Below are positions 20,653 to 27,674 of a DNA stretch of 64,000 nucleotides, piece by piece. This DNA comes from Clostridia bacterium (GTDB taxonomy: Bacteria; Bacillota; Clostridia; UBA1381). The stretch covers positions 106 through 64,105 of the forward strand of contig JAZULN010000021.1 of NCBI GenBank assembly GCA_045603125.1, in the 5' to 3' direction. A model generated the notes under the pieces. The model did not search any database, was not told the DNA's origin, and was given only the letters and a program-made list of their open reading frames with translations. Both the position numbers and the translations under genes were made by a program. The number at the start of each line of letters is the position of its first letter. Position 1 is the first letter of the stretch.

Positions 20653-21568
20653 CGTAAACTTCCTCAATGGTTCCAACGCCAAAACGTCGGCTCAGGACAA
20701 TAAAACACTTGAAAAAATCAAGGAGTTCTGATATGTTTTTATTTTTCCTCAAATCTTCCTCGTTTTTTCCATGGATTGTTGCAATAACGCTTACGCCTGA
20801 ACATACAATTTTCTTGATAGCATCAATGTCATTATATGTCCCTAACTCGTCTGTAGCAATCACCTGCGGGGACATGCTTCGTAGCATCATAAGCATGCCC
20901 TGGGCTTTATCGCAATTGGTTAATATATCTATAGAATGGCCTAAATCGTAGCCTGAAAAACCGCCTTCGCAAGATGCAATCTCCCCTCGCTCATCAACCA
21001 CGCTTACCTTAATTTTTAAATTGGAAATATTTCTTATAATGTCCCTTAAAAGGGTTGTCTTTCCGCATTCGGGAGGGGAGATGATAAGAGTGTTTCGAAC
21101 CTGATGATTATCTAAAATAAAATCCATAAGGTTGTCCGAACAACCCACAACCTCGTGGGCAATACGATAGTTTAAAGACATTATATCTTTAATTCCGGAA
21201 ATTTTACCGTCGGTGGATATTGCTTTGCCCGAAATACCCACTCGGTTTCCGCCGGGGATTGTGATAAATCCTTTTGCTAAGTCATCCTGATATGCATAAA
21301 TAGACGAGCGGCTAATTAACTCAAGAGCCTCCTTTATATCCTCTTTTGATGGGATAAAAAGGTTATCACCCACCAATACAGGACTTCCTTTGTCGTTTAG
21401 GAAAAACACACCATCCCGATATTGTAATGTAACAGGTAACCCCTGACGAAGTCTTATTTCCTCCAGTTCAAAAAAATCTACAAAATTCATAAGCCGCCTT
21501 ATTCGTTTTGGTAAAAATGTAAGAATTTCTGAGGCATCTGGAGAGTATGAGTTATTAACAATCAGCAT
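20642..21568 (-). CDS. spoIIIAA: Stage III sporulation protein AA (secretion-type ATPase)
   Basis: Walker A PPECGKTT; 308 aa; first gene of the operon. Confidence 0.9.
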   Translation of the reverse strand: MLIVNNSYSPDASEILTFLPKRIRRLMNFVDFFELEEIRLRQGLPVTLQYRDGVFFLNDKGSPVLVGDNLFIPSKEDIKEALELISRSSIYAYQDDLAKGFITIPGGNRVGISGKAISTDGKISGIKDIMSLNYRIAHEVVGCSDNLMDFILDNHQVRNTLIISPPECGKTTLLRDIIRNISNLKIKVSVVDERGEIASCEGGFSGYDLGHSIDILTNCDKAQGMLMMLRSMSPQVIATDELGTYNDIDAIKKIVCSGVSVIATIHGKNEEDLRKNKNISELLDFFKCFIVLSRRFGVGTIEEVYGVS

Positions 21569-21623
21569 TTGTAATCAGTCCTTTTTATGTAGTTAGTTAA
21601 TTCTATTATAAAAAGGTTTTTTT

Positions 21624-21664
21624 TAGAACAAAAAAATAACAGTGCATTTTGCACTGTTACTTTT
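21624..21664 (-). terminator. Terminator after the 358-aa gene, upstream of spoIIIAA
   Basis: Stem TAACAGTGC/GCACTGTTA with a 5-nt loop and a T-run on the minus strand. Confidence 0.7.
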
Positions 21665-21674
21665 CCACAATGAT

Positions 21675-22751
21675 TTAAGAATTTTTATCTGGATTTTCCT
21701 TTATGGCTTTATATAGCTCTTCGCATATATTTCGCTTCAAGGTAAAACCCGTGCCTGCTAAATTTATGCATAAAGCCTCAACTTTTGGTGCCATCAAAAA
21801 CTCCTCCAATTCCGGAAAGGATAAACTCTTAATTTCGGCCGTTTCCAAAAACTTGCAAATAGATTCATTATCTTTTTTTGCATTTTCCAGTTCTCTATTG
21901 TCGGTAAAAGCAAGTATTAAGGATGATTCAGGTTGCTGCATGGCGGCTACAATGAATTTCCCGTTTATGGTTTTACCTGGGCATATAAATTTTGATGATA
22001 AAATACTATTTAAAACCGCACCATGAGCAACGTTTGCATCTTTCTGAAAGATTTTACTCCGAAGGACCTGAACAAATCGGATAGAGAAAAATTGTAAAGA
22101 TGGGTGGGATACCGTCTCAAAGGTTGTGTCAAATATAGGTTGGTGGTGCATAATCATCTGAGATATATGTGGCTCGACACCGATAGTCTTAATCCCTAAA
22201 GCGGTTAAAAGTTCGAAATATTCTTTTATTTCATCCCTTGAGAATGCTTTTATAAATACTTCACTCTCATGTTCTCTATGATATTTTTCGGCCCAGGCTT
22301 TGGCGTCAGATTCTGAAAAGAATATAAGGGCATATCCCAGGGTTATTAGTGGGAATGGCTTTTTTAAGGCAGAACTAAAAACTGAATATAGAGTTTTTGC
22401 AGATTTAATTTTCAAAGCTATTCCACCGGCTAAGATGTTTAAAAAAGTTGGTCCGAAGCCTTTTTCACCCTTTGGGTCTTTGGCGATAAATTCTTGCGAG
22501 AAAGCTGCCAGAGTTAATATATCTGAAAGTGAGGCTTCGTTTACTGAGTTCGTTAAAACTTCAGCATTATAGACTGACGGGATGAGGTTTATATCTCCGT
22601 TTGATATTACAGGAATGACGTTGCCGATTGATTTTTTAACATCTTCCGAAAGCCCGTAGTCGATAGATTCAGTTGTGTTTAAAGTCGGTTTTTCTTTTAT
22701 TGATTCGCTTTCGATAAAAGTTTCTTTTTTTCTTTTATTAAATAATCCCAT
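21675..22751 (-). CDS. Hypothetical cytoplasmic protein (faint SseB-like resemblance)
   Basis: Good RBS (GGAGG). I recognise no motif with confidence. Segments such as LILAFTDNRELENAKK resemble SseB-type domains. Confidence 0.3.
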   Translation of the reverse strand: MGLFNKRKKETFIESESIKEKPTLNTTESIDYGLSEDVKKSIGNVIPVISNGDINLIPSVYNAEVLTNSVNEASLSDILTLAAFSQEFIAKDPKGEKGFGPTFLNILAGGIALKIKSAKTLYSVFSSALKKPFPLITLGYALIFFSESDAKAWAEKYHREHESEVFIKAFSRDEIKEYFELLTALGIKTIGVEPHISQMIMHHQPIFDTTFETVSHPSLQFFSIRFVQVLRSKIFQKDANVAHGAVLNSILSSKFICPGKTINGKFIVAAMQQPESSLILAFTDNRELENAKKDNESICKFLETAEIKSLSFPELEEFLMAPKVEALCINLAGTGFTLKRNICEELYKAIKENPDKNS

Positions 22752-22917
22752 TTTTATTCCTCCGTTTTATTTTAATTATTCTACCATAATTTGAAAATTA
22801 TTTCAACAGGTTTATTAGTATGCCTAAAAATCCACTAAATTCCAAAAATAATTTACATAAAAACACCTTTTTTGACAAATAATATCTTCATAAACAAAGA
22901 AAAAGGAGATATTTCTA

Positions 22918-23457
22918 ATGAAAGCGACAGGAATTGTAAGAAGAATTGACGATTTGGGAAGAGTTGTTATTCCAAAAGAAATAAGAAGAACTATGCGGAT
23001 TCGCGAAGGTGACCCTTTAGAGATTTACACCGAAAAGGATGGGGAAGTTATATTTAAAAAATACTCACCAATTGGTGAATTGGGGGATTTTGCCCTAAAC
23101 TATGTGGAAACCTTGTCAAAAACATCAGGAAAAGGCACAGTTATAACCGACCGTGATAGCGTAATTGCAGTATCCGGAATCCCTAAAAAAGAGCTTATGG
23201 AGAAAAGAGTAAGCCGGGACCTTGAAAATATTATGCAGGAAAAAAAGGCATTTAATTCAAAAAATGATGAAACCAAGGTTTTTATAGTAGACGGAATGGA
23301 TAAGTATAACGCCGGTGTCGTTGTGCCAATCGTGTCGGAAGGTGACACCATCGGCTCGGTAGTATTTGTTTTGAACGAGGGCGACGTTGCCGGTGAAGTG
23401 GAATCAAAGCTTGCCGAGTCGGCTGCGTGCTTTTTAGGGCGTCATATGGAAGGATAA
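22918..23457 (+). CDS. spoVT: Stage V sporulation protein T (AbrB-family regulator with GAF-like C-terminal domain)
   Basis: MKATGIVRRIDDLGRVVIPKEIRRTMRIREGDPLEIY is the SpoVT/AbrB swapped-hairpin N-terminus. Length is 179 aa. Confidence 0.9.
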   Translation: MKATGIVRRIDDLGRVVIPKEIRRTMRIREGDPLEIYTEKDGEVIFKKYSPIGELGDFALNYVETLSKTSGKGTVITDRDSVIAVSGIPKKELMEKRVSRDLENIMQEKKAFNSKNDETKVFIVDGMDKYNAGVVVPIVSEGDTIGSVVFVLNEGDVAGEVESKLAESAACFLGRHMEG

Positions 23458-23460
23458 CAA

Positions 23461-23490
23461 AAAAGACTGTTGCTAATGCAACAGTCTTTT
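23461..23490. terminator. Bidirectional terminator between spoVT and the 715-aa gene
   Basis: AAAAGACTGTTGC-TAA-GCAACAGTCTTTT. Confidence 0.8.
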
Positions 23491-23493
23491 ATG

Positions 23494-25641
23494 CTATTCT
23501 GCTAATTCTACGTCAACTACAGTTATACCGTTTGGATGAATCTTTGTGGTGAAGTTTCCGTAAAGTTTGCCGATAGTTTCATCATCGTATTTATATCTGT
23601 AATCTACCTCGTCTGTAGTATTGCCGTATTTTACAGGTAATTGCGGATAGAAACTGACAACTTTTGCTTCTTTTATGCCGACTTTGGAATCGACACGGGC
23701 TCTTCTGTAAATTTCGCGTTCCGGATTATATAAATAAATTCTGTATTTGCCGTTGTTGAGTTTTAATGTGATGTTTGGACAATCAAGCTCGATGTGGTCA
23801 TTGAAGGTAGGACAAATGCTTGTAAGTGCCATGTTTTTATCGTTTGCATGCGCCAAAAGCATTGAATATGCTTTTATAAACCCTGTGGTGTGCTTAATAA
23901 ACGGAATTGTACCCGGAACGTGCCAGAACCAATCAGGTGTTTCGTCGATTGAGTATTCAGGCTCGGGTTCAATATCGGGAAGTGATAGACATTCCCTGAT
24001 TTTTGACATCATATCTGCCGATAGAGTTGTTCCCGAGGCAAATATGGTCATTGGGAATTTGGAATTCTTGTCGGTAAAGGACATATCACATTCAAGACCG
24101 TAAGGTGTCATATCAAAGCCCTCGGCAAAGGTCAAAACAAGCGGCCCGTTTTTATAGTCGGCAACTGCTTTTCTTTCATCTTCCGGTAAAAAGTCAAAGT
24201 TTGGAACAAATAATGTACCCTTCGAAGCTTTAATGTTTTCAATTCGGACAGTTCCGCCGAGAGGTGCACCGTGAATTCCTGCTTCATACATAAATTTATG
24301 TACCGACCAACGTCCTGTTTTTATAATTTCAGGAAGTGAATTATACATTGCCTTGTCTGACCATACAATTACCGGTGTTTCCACACTCAAAACATCGCTT
24401 GTATATGCAACCCGGAAGTGTTTTTTAATAAATGCCCACTCGTCAGCCTCGATTGAGTCGCCAAGACAAATCATTGTGCCGTCAGCAGCACGTTTGCAAC
24501 CGTCAGCGGTTACGTGTTGTTGACCAAGCAGGGTATACATATCTCTTTGGAAAAGACATGGCACGTGCTGGAGCATATCCCATTCTTCGGTGGAGTCTTT
24601 AACTCCCAGCATACAAAGTTGCTCATTGCCGTTTATGAATGCGGCATTCAAGGAAGCGGTTGACATATAACGCCAGAATTTATCACAAAAACCGCTCATA
24701 TAAACACTTGTGGGAAGAGTATTTGGCATGATGTAGTCAACACCGGCTTTGAATAGGTGTTGAAGGTCGATGCCGATTGAATATAGGGTTTCGAATGGGT
24801 CGGTACAATATACCGCCAAAGCAATAACCTTTTTATTGAGAGCATGAACGGCATCGCATACTTTTTTAAGGAATCTGTCCCAACGCCAAACGTGGAATAA
24901 AATCCATTGTTCTCTAACATTTTTCCAAATCCATTCGCCTCGGAATCCTACCATTTTATCATCGTCATCACCCATGGTTTTTGCAATCTCTTCAGGAAGT
25001 GTAATCCCTGAATAATCAAGGAACTGTTCTATAAATTCAGTAGAAAAATCACTGTCGTGAAGTATTCCGGCAGGACAGAAACAGTCTGACATCTGGAAGC
25101 CGTCGAAGTCATAGTCTACCAAAAGTTTTGAAAGCTTTTCTACCAAGAAATCCTCATAATATGTACCGTCTTTAAAACGCTTTAACACCATAAGACACTT
25201 CTTGCCGTCGGCTCTTGAATACTGGTGAAGCTCGGGGTGGTCGGTAATCCATTCACGGTGGAAGGTGTTATTATAAGATGCGCCTTGTACACTCAAATAT
25301 GCAGGAATTCCTGCTTTTTTAAGTTCTTTAACAGCACCCCTTAGGTCATATTTTGTCCAGGGCTGGCGTTCGTGAACTGTGTTTTGCGGTATAGCACAGT
25401 ATGAACAGTCATCGGGATGAAGTTCAAATTCGGTTTCCATGTCGGTGTGGTCATGGATTATGTCGGGATGGCAAAGGAACAGACAAACCCCGTCGGGTGT
25501 GCAGTTCATACGCTTTTTAAATTCGCCAACACCGTAGTCGGGTTGATTGCGGTCAAGACCCAAAAGCTGCATCCATATAAACATTTTGCCGTTATCAACA
25601 ATCGGCCTATCTATTTCGGGAATATTTTTAAAGTTATCCAT
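23494..25641 (-). CDS. Large uncharacterised cytoplasmic protein (about 715 aa), possibly glycoside-hydrolase-like
   Basis: No signal peptide or TM segment. The ATG at 25641 has GGAGG upstream. Aromatic/acidic-rich composition reminiscent of TIM-barrel glycosidases, but I recognise no family signature. Confidence 0.3.
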   Translation of the reverse strand: MDNFKNIPEIDRPIVDNGKMFIWMQLLGLDRNQPDYGVGEFKKRMNCTPDGVCLFLCHPDIIHDHTDMETEFELHPDDCSYCAIPQNTVHERQPWTKYDLRGAVKELKKAGIPAYLSVQGASYNNTFHREWITDHPELHQYSRADGKKCLMVLKRFKDGTYYEDFLVEKLSKLLVDYDFDGFQMSDCFCPAGILHDSDFSTEFIEQFLDYSGITLPEEIAKTMGDDDDKMVGFRGEWIWKNVREQWILFHVWRWDRFLKKVCDAVHALNKKVIALAVYCTDPFETLYSIGIDLQHLFKAGVDYIMPNTLPTSVYMSGFCDKFWRYMSTASLNAAFINGNEQLCMLGVKDSTEEWDMLQHVPCLFQRDMYTLLGQQHVTADGCKRAADGTMICLGDSIEADEWAFIKKHFRVAYTSDVLSVETPVIVWSDKAMYNSLPEIIKTGRWSVHKFMYEAGIHGAPLGGTVRIENIKASKGTLFVPNFDFLPEDERKAVADYKNGPLVLTFAEGFDMTPYGLECDMSFTDKNSKFPMTIFASGTTLSADMMSKIRECLSLPDIEPEPEYSIDETPDWFWHVPGTIPFIKHTTGFIKAYSMLLAHANDKNMALTSICPTFNDHIELDCPNITLKLNNGKYRIYLYNPEREIYRRARVDSKVGIKEAKVVSFYPQLPVKYGNTTDEVDYRYKYDDETIGKLYGNFTTKIHPNGITVVDVELAE

Positions 25642-25670
25642 AATGAAACCTCCTAGCATTTGATAAGTTA

Positions 25671-25699
25671 ATTATATTATAATGAAAAATCACTGTCAA
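25671..25699 (-). promoter_or_regulatory. Perfect-consensus sigma-A promoter for the 715-aa gene
   Basis: On the minus strand: TTGACA (25699-25694), exactly 17 nt, TATAAT (25676-25671). Confidence 0.65.
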
Positions 25700-25764
25700 C
25701 CATAAAATAATCTTTAAAAATACTGAAATATTCTTTACATATAATAATGAATACCGGTGGGGTT

Positions 25765-25814
25765 ATGATTATTTTAAAATTTTAGTTGAAATTTATCGTG
25801 GATGGTGGTATAAT
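25765..25814 (+). promoter_or_regulatory. Promoter module copy A (50-nt exact repeat)
   Basis: ATGATTATTTTAAAATTTTAGTTGAAATTTATCGTGGATGGTGGTATAAT, containing TTGAAA (25786-25791), 17 nt, and a TGG-extended TATAAT (25809-25814). Identical to 26498-26547. Confidence 0.7.
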
Positions 25815-25842
25815 GAGTTCAATCGTTTTACGATTAAACTCA

Positions 25843-26024
25843 GCGATATAAATTCCTTACGAAATTTGCGATATACCTTGTGGTGCGATATATCCTGACG
25901 GATGCGATATGTGCCTTCGGCACAAGAAAAAAGAATTTATATCATATCGCAATCGAATAAAATGAGGTTATATCGCATTTGAACGGAGTGAAAATATATC
26001 GCACGAACGAAGTGAGTATATCGC
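25843..26024 (+). repeat. Inverted 4+4 array of GCGATAT / ATATCGC with fully self-complementary spacers, in the 5' leader of the four-helix-bundle gene
   Basis: GCGATAT at 25843, 25868, 25885 and 25904. ATATCGC at 25944, 25970, 25996 and 26018. All seven spacers pair from first to last nucleotide. Confidence 0.85.
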
Positions 26025-26039
26025 TGGAAAGAGGTTATT

Positions 26040-26399
26040 ATGAACGATAAAACTATTAAAGAATTAGCAGTTGAATTAACCGTTGAAGTAACTGCGGTCT
26101 GTGATAGTATAAAAGGTAGAGCAGTATTTACAAATCAACTTTTGAGGTCTTGCTCGTCAATAGGTGCGAATTCACACGAAGCAAAATATGCACAGAGTAG
26201 GGCAGATTTTATACATAAACTTGAAATCGCTCTAAAAGAGTGTTTTGAAACAGAATATTGGTTAGAAATTTTATTCAAAGTAAATGCAATAGATAAGACA
26301 ATATATGATACTTTGAATAACAAGTGCGGAACAATTCGCAGAAAGCTGATAGCATCAGTTACAACTACAAAGAAAAATCAGGATAATAATAACATCTAA
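26040..26399 (+). CDS. Four-helix-bundle protein (23S rRNA intervening-sequence protein / Avd-like family)
   Basis: 119 aa. FTNQLLRSCSSIGANSHEA...SRADFIHKLEIALKECFETEYWLEIL matches the hallmark pattern of this family. Confidence 0.8.
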   Translation: MNDKTIKELAVELTVEVTAVCDSIKGRAVFTNQLLRSCSSIGANSHEAKYAQSRADFIHKLEIALKECFETEYWLEILFKVNAIDKTIYDTLNNKCGTIRRKLIASVTTTKKNQDNNNI

Positions 26400-26453
26400 A
26401 TCGTTCACTGATTCCATAATGAACTTGCCAAACACAGGGTCAAGTGTTTTTCG

Positions 26454-26483
26454 TGCATCAACTATCCGTTGGTGCATTTTTTT
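26454..26483 (+). terminator. Rho-independent terminator after the four-helix-bundle gene (module T1)
   Basis: TGCATCAAC-TATCC-GTTGGTGCA followed by T7. Confidence 0.7.
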
Positions 26484-26497
26484 AATTCAAAGAAGTA

Positions 26498-26547
26498 ATG
26501 ATTATTTTAAAATTTTAGTTGAAATTTATCGTGGATGGTGGTATAAT
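26498..26547 (+). promoter_or_regulatory. Promoter module copy B (50-nt exact repeat)
   Basis: Identical to 25765-25814. TTGAAA at 26519-26524 and TATAAT at 26542-26547. Confidence 0.7.
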
Positions 26548-26553
26548 AAGCTT

Positions 26554-26659
26554 GCCAAACACAATTTGATATTTAATTTATTAGTGTATGAACTTTTACC
26601 TAGGTAAAAGCACATACCCTATTTTTCATATGCTAATAAATTATGAAATTGTGTTTGGC
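26554..26659 (+). other. 106-nt extended hairpin in the leader of the 67-aa gene
   Basis: Four paired segments: GCCAAACACAATTT (26554-67) with AAATTGTGTTTGGC (26646-59), 14 bp; AATTTATTAG (26575-84) with CTAATAAATT (26633-42), 10 bp; GTATG with CATAC; and the apical 18-nt perfect palindrome CTTTTACCTAGGTAAAAG (26593-26610). Confidence 0.75.
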
Positions 26660-26681
26660 CACACGGGGAATGTGTTTTTCG

Positions 26682-26708
26682 TGCACAGGCTCTGCTTGTG
26701 CATTTTTT
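26682..26708 (+). terminator. Leader terminator (module T2) 8 nt upstream of the RBS of the 67-aa gene; putative attenuator
   Basis: TGCACAGGC-TCT-GCTTGTGCA followed by T6. Shares its flanks (GTGTTTTTCGTGCA ... TGCATTTTTTAATT) with T1. Confidence 0.65.
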
Positions 26709-26728
26709 AATTTATGGAGGTAAATGCT

Positions 26729-26932
26729 ATGAAAGAAATTTTAGAGAAACTCCCGGGGATAGGAGTAGATAAAGATAGGGTGAAGGTGATAGAGGATAAT
26801 GCTTTGCAAATAATAAAAGAAAGCGGATGCCTGATTGTTGGGAAAACAGGCGATGATGAGTATACGATAGTATCCATTCTGGAGGATAAAACCCAGGAAG
26901 AAGTATTAAAATATATTGATGAATATAAATAA
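26729..26932 (+). CDS. Hypothetical 67-aa acidic protein
   Basis: GGAGG (26716-20) sits 8 nt upstream of the ATG at 26729. Product begins MKEILEKLPGIGVDKDRVKV. No family recognised. Confidence 0.5.
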   Translation: MKEILEKLPGIGVDKDRVKVIEDNALQIIKESGCLIVGKTGDDEYTIVSILEDKTQEEVLKYIDEYK

Positions 26933-27086
26933 AAATCTTATAAAAGGGGATGTAAAAAAAGTCCAGACCACAAAACGAAAGTAATATATAGAAAAATCTG
27001 AATTTTTCAATTTTTTTTATAATTTTATTCGTTTTGCTATAAAAAATATAGTCACTCGGCGTACCATTGTACGCTGTCGGATAACC

Positions 27087-27112
27087 AAAAGCAAGGCATA
27101 TGCCTTGCTTTT
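27087..27112. terminator. Bidirectional terminator-like palindrome
   Basis: AAAAGCAAGGCATATGCCTTGCTTTT. Confidence 0.6.
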
Positions 27113-27180
27113 GCTATATTTTTTCATTCTGAAACATTTTTTCCTATCCCCACAAAAAGGGGATGTAAATTATTACGTAA

Positions 27181-27220
27181 ATAAAAAGAACTATCTAAGC
27201 TGAGTGCTTAAATAGTTCTT
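27181..27220 (-). terminator. rpsT terminator
   Basis: AGAACTAT-CTAAGC..GCTTAA-ATAGTTCT stem of about 13 bp, with a T-run on the minus strand. Confidence 0.7.
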
Positions 27221-27224
27221 CTGA

Positions 27225-27491
27225 TTAGCCGTTTACTTTAGCCAACTTCACTGCAAGCTGTGATTTCTTTCTTGCAGCTTTGTTCTTGTGGATTATTCCG
27301 TGGCTTACGCCTTGGTCTAATTTCTTTGTTGCTTCGTTAAACAATGCCTTTACGTTTGCTGTGTCGTTTGCATCAACTGCTGCTTCAAACTTCTTAATAG
27401 CAGTCTTCAAAGCAGTTCTGTGCATTTGGTTGATAAGAGTCTTCTTTTCAATTACCTTAACACGCTTTTTTGCTGATTTAATGTTAGGCAC
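27225..27491 (-). CDS. rpsT: 30S ribosomal protein S20
   Basis: (GTG)[20 protein letters not shown]. The GTG start at 27491 has GGAGGTGG upstream. The tracked 27560 start adds a non-homologous extension. Confidence 0.9.
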   Translation of the reverse strand: MPNIKSAKKRVKVIEKKTLINQMHRTALKTAIKKFEAAVDANDTANVKALFNEATKKLDQGVSHGIIHKNKAARKKSQLAVKLAKVNG

Positions 27492-27674
27492 AATTTCCAC
27501 CTCCAAATAGTTTAATACATAATACCGTAATATTCTACCACAGAAAATATAAAAAATCAAGTGCTTTTTTAAAAAAAATTAAAAATTTTTTATCCCGTTG
27601 AATTTGGGCGTTTTAGCATAAAAACTTTTTCTTTGGAATAGATATAATCTGTGACAATTTAAGGAGGAGAGAAT

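Noticed and set aside
21569-21623. Sigma-E type promoter for spoIIIA, and a sigma-G type promoter for spoVT (22850-22917)
   Set aside because: Only loose matches to the ATA...CATA-type consensus could be found by eye. That is not enough to annotate them.
25843-26024. Could the GCGATAT repeat array be a CRISPR array?
   Set aside because: The repeats are only 7-9 nt and the spacers only 10-19 nt. The spacers are themselves palindromic, half of the repeats are inverted, and no cas genes are present.
26419-26607. Tracked 62-aa plus-strand ORF
   Set aside because: It runs across a terminator, the duplicated promoter and the leader hairpin. It has no RBS, and its sequence is dictated by the repeats.
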